Of a DNA stretch of 64,000 nucleotides, positions 1 to 10,051 are shown in pieces (position 1 is the first letter of the stretch; the number at the start of each line of letters is the position of its first letter). Source of the stretch: Patescibacteria group bacterium (GTDB lineage: Bacteria > Patescibacteriota > Minisyncoccia > Phycocordibacterales > PALSA-1337); contig JAZKBV010000002.1 in assembly GCA_040388415.1 (NCBI GenBank), positions 136,131 through 200,130 on the forward strand, written 5' to 3'. The notes below the pieces were generated by a model that saw only the letters and a list, made by a program, of their open reading frames with translations, was not told where the DNA came from and did not search any database. Made by a program: the position numbers and the translations under genes.

Positions 1-159
1 ATTGATCCGGACAGTGATAGTGGTCGATGCGGTATCTGAAAGATTCGCTTGGCGATTGATGTGTGAGGCGAATACATAGAGCGCTGCGCTCACAATAACA
101 ATGACGACAACGAGCGTCCCTACGATAGGGCCGACATTTTTACTCTCTTTTTTTTGCAT
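1..159 (-). CDS. Partial (runs off window) hypothetical protein with N-terminal membrane anchor
   Basis: Manual translation from ATG at 159: MQKKESKNVGPIVGTLVVVIVIVSAALYVFASHINRQ..., open to position 1; overlaps the end of the upstream gene on the same strand. Confidence 0.65.
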   Translation of the reverse strand, partial: MQKKESKNVGPIVGTLVVVIVIVSAALYVFASHINRQANLSDTASTTITVRIN

Positions 160-595
160 ACGTTGTTTTGCGTGGTGTTGATGAGGCCTGTTCTATTGCG
201 GTACTGATATCATCTACGACATTATTCAATGCTCCGCGGGCTTGCGTCAGTGATGTGTATGCGAGCTGAGATTCACGGTAAGCAGGGCGAGGATTAGTAC
301 CAGTGACCGTCGATGTAGCATTTCCAACAGCGATGGCTGCTGAGTTGAGTGCCTGGCCAGCAATCTCAAATGAAGCGATAGGTGCGGTCATATCTGTGCC
401 CGAGGCGACCTCTTTGTCTATGCGCATTTGTATACGATCACTAATATTCTGTAAGTTGGCGAGTGACAGTTCGAGTGGTGCCAAAAGGATACTATTACGG
501 AAGTCACGCCCTATTTTGCGTTCGTAGCGAGACTCATATCCTTGGCGGACATTTTCTCCAAAATTGAATATATCAGGAATGTTGAAGAACATCAT
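140..595 (-). CDS. Hypothetical protein, predicted helical
   Basis: 151 aa ORF directly downstream of ppa in the same orientation; no recognisable motif. Confidence 0.55.
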   Translation of the reverse strand: MMFFNIPDIFNFGENVRQGYESRYERKIGRDFRNSILLAPLELSLANLQNISDRIQMRIDKEVASGTDMTAPIASFEIAGQALNSAAIAVGNATSTVTGTNPRPAYRESQLAYTSLTQARGALNNVVDDISTAIEQASSTPRKTTYAKKRE

Positions 596-602
596 AAGAG
601 TA

Positions 603-1121
603 TTATTTCTTGTTAGCGTACAACTTTACACCTTCTTCGAAGGCCTCTTTTGCTTCTTTTGAGCCACTAAAACCTTTGACGATCACTTCCTTGTCCTGCA
701 AGTTCTTGTAGGTCGCATAGAAGTGGGCGATCTCACGGAGCGTGTGCTTGTTGAGGTCAGTGAGGTCTTTGACGTCGCTCCAGCGAGGATCTTTGACTGG
801 TACAGCGATGATCTTGCTGTCTTCTTCGCCTGAATCATTGATGTTAGCGATAGCTACTGGGCGAACTTTTACGAGGATGCCTGGCATGAGGGGATATGTG
901 GTGAATACGATCACATCGAGCGGGTCGCCATCGTGCCACAATGTTTGAGGTACAAAGCCGTAGTCGAATGGAAACTCCTGACTGGTATGGAGAACACGAT
1001 CAAGCGCTATGATGCCTGACTCTTTGTTGACTTCATATTTGTTACCTGAACCTTTGGCGATTTCGATGATGACATTCATCTCCTCTGCAGTTCCTGGTTT
1101 TATATCATGTACTAAGTGCAT
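603..1121 (-). CDS. ppa: Inorganic pyrophosphatase (family I)
   Basis: NKYE, LDRVL, YGFVPQT and DGDPLDV signature motifs. Confidence 0.96.
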   Translation of the reverse strand: MHLVHDIKPGTAEEMNVIIEIAKGSGNKYEVNKESGIIALDRVLHTSQEFPFDYGFVPQTLWHDGDPLDVIVFTTYPLMPGILVKVRPVAIANINDSGEEDSKIIAVPVKDPRWSDVKDLTDLNKHTLREIAHFYATYKNLQDKEVIVKGFSGSKEAKEAFEEGVKLYANKK

Positions 1122-1151
1122 AGTGATATTGTATCAAATTTAATGAATAAG

Positions 1152-2297
1152 TTATTCAACAGCTTCTTCTACAGCAGCTTTTTCTGCGCCTTGTGATTTG
1201 ATATCGATCTTCCAACCAGTAAGTTTTGCTGCAAGACGGACATTCTGACCACCCTTACCGATAGCGAGAGATTGCTCATCTTCGGTAACAGTGACGATTG
1301 CACGATGTTCTTTTTCATCGAGCTCAAGGCTGATAACTTCAGCAGGAGAGAGCGATTCTTCGATAAAGAGTGCAGGATCCTCGTTCCATTCGACAATGTC
1401 TATCTTCTCGCCTGAGAGCTCACTGGTGACTGTTGAAACACGAACACCACGCTGACCAACCATAGAACCGATCGGGTCTATATGACTGTCATGTGATACA
1501 ACGGCAACCTTTGAGCGTGAACCAGCTTCACGAGCGATGCCTTTGATCTCAACGATACCCTGAGCGATCTCTGGAGCTTCTGTTTCAAAAAGCTTTGCAA
1601 GGAAACGAGGATGTGAACGAGAAAGCTTGAGAACGATACCGCGTGGGCTTTCTTCTACAGCGTAGAGATAGGCACGGATACGGTCACCAGTCTTCCAGCG
1701 CTCGCTCGGGATCTGCTCTTCGTATGAGATGACACCGAGAGCGCGTCCCATGTTGACGAAGACAGTGCCGCGTTCGACGCGCTCGACGGTTCCAGCGACG
1801 ATCTCGCCTTCTTTTGCGCCGTATTCACCCATGACTGAGACCTTCTCAGCTTCACGGATCTTTTGGATGATGATCTGCTTTGCTGTTTGTGCAGCGATGC
1901 GACCAAAATCAGCTTTGACCTCGAGAGGGAAGACGAGTTCATCACCAACGACTGCGTCGCGCTTGATGCGGCGAGCGTCTTCTATGAGCATGTGCTGCTC
2001 TGCATTGAAGCGGATCTTGATGTCATCGACGTTGGTGTCTTTGAGGTCGATGTCTTGCTCCTCGTCACCTTCCATGATGACTTGGTCGCGATCGACGACG
2101 ACTTTTACCTGCCAAAATTCAACACCGCCAGTTTTTTCATCAAATGATGCGCGGACAATCTGGCCTTTCTTTCCGTATTCTTTCTTATAAGCAGTTGCGA
2201 GAGACATGGCAATAGCTTCCAAGGTCTTTTCCTTTGGAATACCACGCTCTTCTTCAAGCTGGGCGACGACTGAGTTTATGACTTTGAGATCAAACAT
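1152..2297 (-). CDS. nusA: Transcription termination/antitermination factor NusA
   Basis: FGRIAAQTAKQ, S1 domain, AREAGSRSKVAV, AIGKGGQNVRLAAKLTGWKIDI. Confidence 0.98.
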   Translation of the reverse strand: MFDLKVINSVVAQLEEERGIPKEKTLEAIAMSLATAYKKEYGKKGQIVRASFDEKTGGVEFWQVKVVVDRDQVIMEGDEEQDIDLKDTNVDDIKIRFNAEQHMLIEDARRIKRDAVVGDELVFPLEVKADFGRIAAQTAKQIIIQKIREAEKVSVMGEYGAKEGEIVAGTVERVERGTVFVNMGRALGVISYEEQIPSERWKTGDRIRAYLYAVEESPRGIVLKLSRSHPRFLAKLFETEAPEIAQGIVEIKGIAREAGSRSKVAVVSHDSHIDPIGSMVGQRGVRVSTVTSELSGEKIDIVEWNEDPALFIEESLSPAEVISLELDEKEHRAIVTVTEDEQSLAIGKGGQNVRLAAKLTGWKIDIKSQGAEKAAVEEAVE

Positions 2298-2548
2298 ATA
2301 TGTAATTGTTACGTTCGGTTATTAAGTTGTAATGAGGCTTTTGGCCTTATTTTAAGGGCTTTTTGGCCCCTATTTAACGAAAATGTCCGCCGGTGGGCGA
2401 ACTGTTACTTACTAAAGTAGTATAGCAGATTGGGGAGGAAAAGCAAGTCTAAGTATAGACATATTCATACTTTCAATGTATAACATCTATCAGTACTCGT
2501 GCCTGTGAGTATAGAGAATGTATGAAGTATTTTTAGGGCCGGAAGCTC

Positions 2549-3259
2549 TTGAAAATGGCCGGAAGCCCATACGCTCAAAATAAGGCATTGTTCATTATGT
2601 TCATTACAACTAAAGTAAGTAGATTCAACCTAAAGTCTGTTCCCCGTATCTTCATACGGGGGTGGGAAGGTCAGATGCTTAACCGTTATAACAACTTAGA
2701 AAAAATCCAAGCACGTTGCAGGAGCTATATTTCCTGGTTAAGATCCACATCGATTATTGTTGGGATTGGGGTTATCCTCGGCTTCTTTCTGGCAAGTCCA
2801 GTCTCAAATTACGAAGCATTTTCACCGCAGTGGCTTGCTCTCGTGTTGCCGTTTGCAATTGTTGTTGCCATGTTGTGCTGGATATTCAACTTACTCCTAA
2901 TTCCTTCGGTTTATTTTGTATTAATGAGGAGTTTTGTTAACCAATACAGCGAACTGGTTCACTTATTAAATCATGAGTGGAAATATGGATTTGAATTTCC
3001 GACTGGAGGTCCGGGTGTTCTGCCAACATATGAGAATGTTGAACCGTTCGTCCGTGAAAAGCTCACCAAACTAGCTTCTCAAATCAAAGTGCTCGAAAAT
3101 CCAAAAGCAGACTGGGGTGGTTGCCTGGGTGGCGGGCCTGATCCAGTGGAATTGCGTAAAGAATTTGCGCACAAATTTGATACGCTAAAGCCTTTTGGAC
3201 TTGTTTACCCTGACTATGCACCCTATTTTGATCCTCAGGGTTCGTATCTTTACGCGTAA
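2549..3259 (+). CDS. Hypothetical membrane protein (two TM segments); true start may be ATG at 2675
   Basis: Long ORF with two hydrophobic stretches, followed by a terminator. Confidence 0.6.
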   Translation: MKMAGSPYAQNKALFIMFITTKVSRFNLKSVPRIFIRGWEGQMLNRYNNLEKIQARCRSYISWLRSTSIIVGIGVILGFFLASPVSNYEAFSPQWLALVLPFAIVVAMLCWIFNLLLIPSVYFVLMRSFVNQYSELVHLLNHEWKYGFEFPTGGPGVLPTYENVEPFVREKLTKLASQIKVLENPKADWGGCLGGGPDPVELRKEFAHKFDTLKPFGLVYPDYAPYFDPQGSYLYA

Positions 3260-3279
3260 TTCTTACAGGACTTAATCTT

Positions 3280-3311
3280 AACCCGCCAGCTTCACTGCTT
3301 GCGGGTTTTTT
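3280..3311 (+). terminator. Intrinsic terminator
   Basis: ACCCGCCAGC-ttcact-GCTTGCGGGT followed by a T-run. Confidence 0.75.
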
Positions 3312-3418
3312 ATTACCATATTTTCCTTAATTACCCACACATCAAACCTATTTACATCTGTTATAATGTAGACAAGTTCTACTTTTGCTTTTTGCCTTTT
3401 AAATTTTGATTTATATCC

Positions 3419-5167
3419 ATGCTCATCGAAGATACCCAGCTCTATAAATTCATCCTCGACTCTGGACTTGTATCCAAAGAGGATTTGGAAAATGCCAAAA
3501 AAGAGTCAGACGATACTAACAAGCGCCTGGGCGATGTTCTTGTGACTGCAGGCAAGATCACTGCCGATAACCTTCGTCGCATGCAGGCATATGTTCTCGG
3601 TATTCCTTTCGTCGATCTCAAAAATAGAAAACTGCCGACTGACACGCTCTCGCTCATCCCTGAGCCGATTGCTCGTGGTCACAACATTGTCGCATTCAAG
3701 AAAACCGACACTTCGCTCGAAGTCGCCATGCTCGACGTGAACGATCTTTCTGCTATCGATTTCATCAAAAAGAAGGTTCACCTCAAGATCTTGCCGCGTT
3801 TGACCGACAGCGAGTCCATCAAAGAAGCCCTTGTTCAATATCAAAAAAGCCTCAAGGCAGAATTCGGCGACCTGATCCAAAAGGAAACTGATACAATCAA
3901 GATGATCTCTGAAGAGAGAGGGGAGACCGCTTCAGAGGAGGATCTCAAAAAGATCGCTGAAGATCTTCCGGTGGTGCGTATTGTAGATACGCTTATCAAG
4001 CATGCCATCCTCCAAAATGCATCTGATATTCATATTGAGCCAATGGAAGAGCAGGTGCTCGTCCGTTACCGCATCGATGGGCTCCTACATGATGCCATGG
4101 TGCTCCCACGTCAGGCTGGCCCTTCAGTGTCTGCTCGTATCAAAGTGCTCTCGAACCTCAAGCTCGATGAAAAACGCTTGCCTCAAGACGGCCGTTTCAA
4201 GGTGGACCTGACGAATGAAAAAGTTTCATTCCGTGTTTCTATCTTGCCTACATACTATGGTGAAAAGATCGTTATGCGTCTCTTACGTGAAAATATCTCT
4301 GGCTTCACGTTGGAGTATCTTCATTTCCACGGTGAAGGGCTCGAACGTATCCATGATGCTCTCAAGCAGACGACGGGCATGATACTCACTACTGGCCCGA
4401 CCGGTTCCGGTAAAACAACGTCCCTCTATACTATGTTGGATCTTTTGAATACGCCTGACGTGAACATTTCTACTATCGAAGATCCGATCGAATATCAAAT
4501 GGCGCGTATCAATCAAACCCAAGTACGTCCAGAGATCGGTTTCTCTTTTTCGCAGGGTATCCGTACACTTGTCCGTCAGGATCCAGATATCATCATGGTG
4601 GGTGAGATTCGCGACAATGAAACCGCTGCGCTTGCAGTCAACGCTGCGCTTACTGGTCACCTTGTGCTTTCGACGCTCCACACCAACTCAGCAGCTGGCG
4701 CTATCCCGCGTCTCCTTGATATGAAAGTTGAGCCGTTTTTGCTCGTATCGACTCTCGACATTGTCATTGGTCAACGTCTCGTGCGCGCGCTGACCGACTC
4801 GAAAACGGCCTATGAGCTCTCGAAAGCGGAGTTCGCTCAGCTTGAAAAGCGCCTCAATATGGATGCGGTGCTTACAGCGCTCAAGGCAGACAAAGTTCTC
4901 AAAGAAAATGCCACCTGGAGTGATGTTACTTTCTACAAAGCAGTTCCAGGCGTCGATGATGATGGGTTCAAAGGCCGCGTTGGTATCCATGAAATATTGA
5001 AGATGACGCCAACGATCAGAGAATTGATCATGAAAGGAGAAACATCTTCTGCTATCGAAGCGCAAGCAAAGAAGGAGGGCATGCTCACCATGCTCGAAGA
5101 TGGCATATACAAGTGCGCGGCGGGTATGACGACCATTGAGGAAGTGCTTCGCGTCGTTTCTGAATAG
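3419..5167 (+). CDS. pilB: Type IV pilus assembly ATPase PilB/GspE family
   Basis: ASDIHIEP, RLPQDGRF, Walker A GPTGSGKTT, TIEDPIEY, RQDPDIIMVGEIRD, LTGHLVLSTLHTN. Confidence 0.95.
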   Translation: MLIEDTQLYKFILDSGLVSKEDLENAKKESDDTNKRLGDVLVTAGKITADNLRRMQAYVLGIPFVDLKNRKLPTDTLSLIPEPIARGHNIVAFKKTDTSLEVAMLDVNDLSAIDFIKKKVHLKILPRLTDSESIKEALVQYQKSLKAEFGDLIQKETDTIKMISEERGETASEEDLKKIAEDLPVVRIVDTLIKHAILQNASDIHIEPMEEQVLVRYRIDGLLHDAMVLPRQAGPSVSARIKVLSNLKLDEKRLPQDGRFKVDLTNEKVSFRVSILPTYYGEKIVMRLLRENISGFTLEYLHFHGEGLERIHDALKQTTGMILTTGPTGSGKTTSLYTMLDLLNTPDVNISTIEDPIEYQMARINQTQVRPEIGFSFSQGIRTLVRQDPDIIMVGEIRDNETAALAVNAALTGHLVLSTLHTNSAAGAIPRLLDMKVEPFLLVSTLDIVIGQRLVRALTDSKTAYELSKAEFAQLEKRLNMDAVLTALKADKVLKENATWSDVTFYKAVPGVDDDGFKGRVGIHEILKMTPTIRELIMKGETSSAIEAQAKKEGMLTMLEDGIYKCAAGMTTIEEVLRVVSE

Positions 5168-5183
5168 TTTTTAATATTATTTT

Positions 5184-6404
5184 ATGTCTCATTTTATCTT
5201 TAAAGTAAAAAAGCCAAGCGGTGAAGTTGTCTCAAATGAACGAGATGCAGCTGACCGCTATGAGCTGTACCGTCTGATACATGAGAGCGGCGATGAGCTC
5301 ATCTCCATCCAAGAAAAGAAAAAGCGAAGCGCTGGACTTAAGATGAACATATCATTCAACTTCATGAAGTCAGTCAAAGCGATCGATAAGATCAACTTTG
5401 CCCGAAATCTCGGATCAATGATCGAAGCGGGATTGCCGCTCTCACGCGCTCTCTCAGTTCTTGAGCGTCAAGCACATAATAAAAACCTCAAAGACGTCAT
5501 TAACGCGGTGCGAGACAATATTGACAAAGGTCTCACTTTTTCTGATGCATTGGCAAAGCACCCAAAGGTATTCACTGAACTCTTTGTCTCAATGGTCCAT
5601 GCGGGCGAACAGTCAGGAACCTTGGCGGATTCGCTTAAGATAGTTGCATCACAGCTCGAAAGCGCGCATAACCTTGAACGACGTGTGCGCGGCGCTCTCA
5701 TGTATCCTGCCGTGATCATCTGTGCCATGGTTATCGTCGGTATATTGATGTTTACATTCGTAATTCCAACACTCATGAAGACATTCGTTGATCTTCACGT
5801 TGCCTTGCCGTTCACAACTCAGATTATCCTCAATATCAGTAACGTTATCCAGAATTACGGTATATTTTTACTTATTGGTGCTGTTATTGTCGGTTTTGTT
5901 TTTATTCGTTGGTCAAAGACCGCTCAAGGAAAAAATATCAATCATCGTCTCATGATTAAGTTGCCTATCCTTGGTGGCTTGGTGCAGGAGGTCAATACTG
6001 CCCGTACTGCCCGCACTCTCGCTTCTCTCCTCGGTGCAGGCGTTGATTTCGTCGAATCAGTTTCAATCACTGCTCAAGTCATTCAAAATGTCCACTTCCG
6101 TGCCGTGCTCGATCAGGCGGGCGAAGCGATCAAAAAGGGAGGTCTCATGTCAAAGATATTCGCTGATAATGTGAAGCTGTATCCTATATTCCTTTCAGAG
6201 ATGATGAGCGTGGGTGAAGAGACCGGTAAGATCGGTGAGATGCTCTCTGGCGTCGCGCGCTACTACGAAGACGATGTGGATCAAAAAACCAAAGATATGT
6301 CGACGATCATCGAACCAGTCATCATGATTGTCATCGCTGCCGGCGTCGGCTTCTTTGCGGTTGCCATGATCTCGCCGATGTACTCGCTCGTGAATGTTAT
6401 TTAA
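5184..6404 (+). CDS. pilC: Type IV pilus inner-membrane platform protein PilC/GspF family
   Basis: Two T2SSF repeats (AGEQSGTL, VGEETGKI), ALMYP, IIEP; follows pilB. Confidence 0.93.
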   Translation: MSHFIFKVKKPSGEVVSNERDAADRYELYRLIHESGDELISIQEKKKRSAGLKMNISFNFMKSVKAIDKINFARNLGSMIEAGLPLSRALSVLERQAHNKNLKDVINAVRDNIDKGLTFSDALAKHPKVFTELFVSMVHAGEQSGTLADSLKIVASQLESAHNLERRVRGALMYPAVIICAMVIVGILMFTFVIPTLMKTFVDLHVALPFTTQIILNISNVIQNYGIFLLIGAVIVGFVFIRWSKTAQGKNINHRLMIKLPILGGLVQEVNTARTARTLASLLGAGVDFVESVSITAQVIQNVHFRAVLDQAGEAIKKGGLMSKIFADNVKLYPIFLSEMMSVGEETGKIGEMLSGVARYYEDDVDQKTKDMSTIIEPVIMIVIAAGVGFFAVAMISPMYSLVNVI

Positions 6405-6411
6405 AGAAATG

Positions 6412-6444
6412 AAAAATCGCTCACGTTATGTGAGCGATTTTTTT
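6412..6444. terminator. Bidirectional intrinsic terminator between convergent pilC and minor pilin operon
   Basis: AAAAATCGCTCAC-gttat-GTGAGCGATTTTTTT. Confidence 0.85.
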
Positions 6445-7756
6445 ATATTTCAGACCAACCGAGTATGTTGTATCCACCACCTGGACCTGCTTCAAAAAGG
6501 GTATTTGGAAGGCCGGTATCGTACGTAACATTTGCACTCTGAGTAAGTGCAATCTTATACGCAGTAACTTCTTTCAAGCTTACGCTCTGGCTCAAAGAAA
6601 TGAGTCCATGAATTGCGTATCCAACGAGCGCAGTTGAACTCTGTCCAACACTGATAGCTTGGGTGGAGCCACCATTTTCCGCACTGCTGTTTTGAGCAAT
6701 CATGAATACAAATGAATTTGCTGAACCTGAACCTGAGAAAGAGGAGCCTTGACCGAGGTCTATCGTGCCGCTCGTTGTTGATGCGCTTGGATTATCAGCA
6801 ATGATGGCAACGTTTTGGCTGCCAAGGCCAGGTGATATAGCAATTTTTGAACTTTGCGTCATAGTTATATTTCCAACAACCCAGAGGTGTCCAGTTGCAG
6901 TCAACGTAGTGCCATTTCCACTGATATTCAAATTGCACGGTATTTTTTTTGGACCCAAAGGCATATCGCTTGAAATGGTGTACGAACCATTTGTGCATAC
7001 AACAGTTCCGCCTGTAGCTGCGTCTGCTTCCCATTCATGGATCTGGTCATCATCGATTGGAAGTGGCACTGTTGGTTGATCAGTGCTTCCTGGGTGCTTT
7101 GTTCCAGTAGTGTGTGTGGTTGTATAGCTATCAATTGTACTTGTACTAAAGTAGTAAGCATCCTTGCTTGCAGCTGAATTTAATAGAGTATGCGCGTATA
7201 GATTTCCTGACGAGGCAATAACTCCGTTAATTAAACCAGTTGGACCAGATGATATGACATCCCCATATATCACATTCTTGTTATAGCTGGTAACAGAGCC
7301 ACCCGAAAAAACATTTCCTGTAATAGTTGAACTATTATCTAATGTAAATCCACCCTCACCAGACTGGATACCATAGTGAAATGCAATGCCTGTACCGAGG
7401 GTCAAGTCTATTTGAATATTTCTTTGGTAGGCATTTCCTGGCGAAGTCACAGTAATCCTTTTACCTGAAGCTGTATTCGCTATTGCTATCATTGCAGTGC
7501 TCGAACCGAGCGTAATAGATCCAGTCGAACCGATAGTTTTACTGTTTTTCAGACGATACAAAGCTTCGTTTGTCGCGCTATCTGCTAATAAAAATGCTTG
7601 TTTTGATTGCATCAGACCGAGCGTCGCAGAGTAGTGCGAGATGATCGGGTAAGCAACACCATTGATGAGCAGGAGAGAGATCGCAAGGAAAAGTATAGTG
7701 TTCAGTATGATCACTTGACCGCTGTTGTAGATATTTTTTTGAATGTGCGTCTGCAT
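6443..7756 (-). CDS. PilX-like large minor pilin / pilus tip protein
   Basis: SG|QVIILNTILFLAISLLLI pilin-like N-terminus lacking Glu5, QAFLLADSATNEALYRL PilX-type motif, beta-rich C-terminus; last gene of a minor pilin cluster. Confidence 0.7.
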   Translation of the reverse strand: MQTHIQKNIYNSGQVIILNTILFLAISLLLINGVAYPIISHYSATLGLMQSKQAFLLADSATNEALYRLKNSKTIGSTGSITLGSSTAMIAIANTASGKRITVTSPGNAYQRNIQIDLTLGTGIAFHYGIQSGEGGFTLDNSSTITGNVFSGGSVTSYNKNVIYGDVISSGPTGLINGVIASSGNLYAHTLLNSAASKDAYYFSTSTIDSYTTTHTTGTKHPGSTDQPTVPLPIDDDQIHEWEADAATGGTVVCTNGSYTISSDMPLGPKKIPCNLNISGNGTTLTATGHLWVVGNITMTQSSKIAISPGLGSQNVAIIADNPSASTTSGTIDLGQGSSFSGSGSANSFVFMIAQNSSAENGGSTQAISVGQSSTALVGYAIHGLISLSQSVSLKEVTAYKIALTQSANVTYDTGLPNTLFEAGPGGGYNILGWSEI

Positions 7757-7761
7757 ATGAT

Positions 7762-8274
7762 TTAGTATGAATTTCTCATGATCGAAACATCGCTATAGGT
7801 GCGCGTTGTCGTGCCCGTCTTTGTGCTGTAGGTGATATCGATATTGAATTTTACCGCTTCAGAGACTCCTGTCAGTATATCTTTTAGATAAAAACGGGTG
7901 ACGGTGATGTCAGTAGGAGAAAGATATTGTAGCGCGCCACTATTTTCTTGGTAACTGATACGTCCACTAGTGAGCGCATATCTTTTGACGATGTTGGAGG
8001 AGTTTACGAGCGCGTTAAGCGACAGCGTGCCTGAACTTGTTGCGAATGCAGTGTTCGTAGTATCGATGCTCTGTCCCGTGCGTATATCGCGCTCGATGCG
8101 ATCAGCGAGAGTGGTGCCGACTTGGTCGACACGAGATCCAATCGTGGCATTACGATACCAGTTGTATGTCGTGAAGAGAAGCGTCAACATCGCGCCCAAC
8201 AGCAAGATCAATCCAGCTGCATAGATGATTGTCTCAAGCAATGTAAACCCTTTGTTTTTAATTATTATAGACAT
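7762..8274 (-). CDS. Prepilin-type N-terminal cleavage/methylation protein (PilW-like)
   Basis: KG|FTLLETIIY type III signal; start moved to ATG at 8274 (MSIIIKNKG). Confidence 0.85.
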   Translation of the reverse strand: MSIIIKNKGFTLLETIIYAAGLILLLGAMLTLLFTTYNWYRNATIGSRVDQVGTTLADRIERDIRTGQSIDTTNTAFATSSGTLSLNALVNSSNIVKRYALTSGRISYQENSGALQYLSPTDITVTRFYLKDILTGVSEAVKFNIDITYSTKTGTTTRTYSDVSIMRNSY

Positions 8275-8740
8275 TGTGTAAAAGAAGTTGAGCTTGTGCG
8301 AGCGTCGTCGATGCATTGCCGAGAGGGTAGACAGTGATGACCACTTTGCGGGTCTTCAGGTCGACTGTTCCCGACGAGGCAATATCAAAGTTCACGTCGC
8401 GGGTGACTGTACTGAATACAATCGTGCGTACAAATGAGCCAGAAGAGACTTGTTGAGTCGTTGTTGCGCTGTATGTTGTGCCATCCCAGTAGAGATAGTA
8501 GGTTGTGTTGAGGCTGAGAGGGTTGATAGCGCTCGTCCAGTTGGTGTCCCGCATGACGCTTAATGCCTCAGACGCTTCTTCGACAAGCATCGTTGCCTGT
8601 GCATATTGAGTGCCGAGATTGGCGACTTTTATATAGAGTTGCCATGCACCAGCTATGCCGGTTACAGCTATAGCGATGATAGCAGCCGAAACGATGATTT
8701 CAACAACACTCAAGCCTCCTATATAGCGATGCGAACTCAT
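8258..8740 (-). CDS. Prepilin-type protein (PilV-like)
   Basis: GG|LSVVEIIVSAAII type III signal; C-terminal RKVVITV. Confidence 0.8.
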   Translation of the reverse strand: MSSHRYIGGLSVVEIIVSAAIIAIAVTGIAGAWQLYIKVANLGTQYAQATMLVEEASEALSVMRDTNWTSAINPLSLNTTYYLYWDGTTYSATTTQQVSSGSFVRTIVFSTVTRDVNFDIASSGTVDLKTRKVVITVYPLGNASTTLAQAQLLLHNVYNN

Positions 8741-8746
8741 ATAGAA

Positions 8747-9220
8747 TTATTGTATCACACCTACATCGCCTTGATTCTCTATGACAATGTTTCTTTTGTT
8801 CGTATTATCTGATACCAACATCACGGTCACGGTAGCGGTTGTATTTGCTGCGCCAGTCAATCGATCGAATACAATGATGTTATTGGGATCAGTGATCGTT
8901 TCGCTCAATGTGAGGGTGCTATCGACAGGATAGGTGACATTGGTTGATGCTCCTGCACTGTAGGAGGCACCGACGAAAGTGGTATAGGAGGCGGTGTCGA
9001 ACTTGACTCCATAGCTCAGACCATTTTTACCCGCGAGTGCATTGTTTTTTGCGCTCTCAAGAGCGGCTGCGATCGAATCAGTAGTGGTGTTGAGGAGAGC
9101 GTTGCTTCGTGCTGATGAGTACCAATATATGCCTATACCGAGCAAAACGCCGCTGATGGCTATGACCGTCAGTATCTCCATGAGCGTAAAACCGGTAGAG
9201 GCAGGTGCAGGCTGTTTCAT
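8747..9220 (-). CDS. Prepilin-type protein (FimT/GspH-like)
   Basis: TG|FTLMEILTVIAI signal; LESAKNNAL and IVFDRLTG motifs. Confidence 0.85.
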   Translation of the reverse strand: MKQPAPASTGFTLMEILTVIAISGVLLGIGIYWYSSARSNALLNTTTDSIAAALESAKNNALAGKNGLSYGVKFDTASYTTFVGASYSAGASTNVTYPVDSTLTLSETITDPNNIIVFDRLTGAANTTATVTVMLVSDNTNKRNIVIENQGDVGVIQ

Positions 9221-9273
9221 AGGATAATTCTATCATACTGTTACAGATATAGAGCTGTGGTACAATTATTCCC

Positions 9274-10050
9274 ATGAATAACCGTTTGAACAAAAGGCTC
9301 ATCGTCGGCAATTGGAAGATGAATCCGGTCACGCTCGATGAAGCAAAAAAAATCGCTCGTAAGATAAAGAGAGCTGCGGACAGTCTTGTGTCGATTGAAA
9401 CGGTCATTTGTCCGCCGTTTCCGTTTATTATCTCTTGTACTGGCAAAAATGAGAATAAGTTTTTCCATATGGGCGCCCAGTCCACATCGATTGAGATCGA
9501 TCGTGGTCCCTATACCGGTGAAGTGAGCGCAACGATGCTCAAGGAGATTGGAGTGAAATATGTCATCATTGGACATTCAGAGCAACGCGCGCGAGGGGAG
9601 AGTGATTCCATAGTTTCAAAAAAAGTAAAAGCAGTACTTGATGCCGGGCTTTCACCTATTGTTTGTGTCGGCGAGGCGTCTCGCGATGAGGCGGGTGCAT
9701 ATTTAGATATATTGAAAAATCAAATCAAGCAGAGTCTTGCCGACATTCCCGCAAAGTTTGCTAGTGACATCGTCCTTGCCTATGAACCGATTTGGGCTAT
9801 TGGCGCTCAAGAGGCGATGAAAAATGAAGATATCTACGAGTCGTCACTTTTTGTAAAAAAAGTATTTTCTGACATATTTGGTCCAGATGCGGGGGTTAAA
9901 GTTCAGGTACTCTATGGCGGCTCAGTGAACTATCGCAATGCACCTGACATCATCGCTATCGGCAAAGTCGACGGTCTTCTTGTAGGACGCGAGAGTGTCA
10001 ACGCTCCTGGCTTCGTCGAATTACTCAAAGCGGTTGATTTATTGAAATAG
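9274..10050 (+). CDS. tpiA: Triosephosphate isomerase
   Basis: GNWKMN, IIGHSEQR, AYEPIWAIG, LYGGSV. Confidence 0.97.
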   Translation: MNNRLNKRLIVGNWKMNPVTLDEAKKIARKIKRAADSLVSIETVICPPFPFIISCTGKNENKFFHMGAQSTSIEIDRGPYTGEVSATMLKEIGVKYVIIGHSEQRARGESDSIVSKKVKAVLDAGLSPIVCVGEASRDEAGAYLDILKNQIKQSLADIPAKFASDIVLAYEPIWAIGAQEAMKNEDIYESSLFVKKVFSDIFGPDAGVKVQVLYGGSVNYRNAPDIIAIGKVDGLLVGRESVNAPGFVELLKAVDLLK

Positions 10051-10051
10051 T

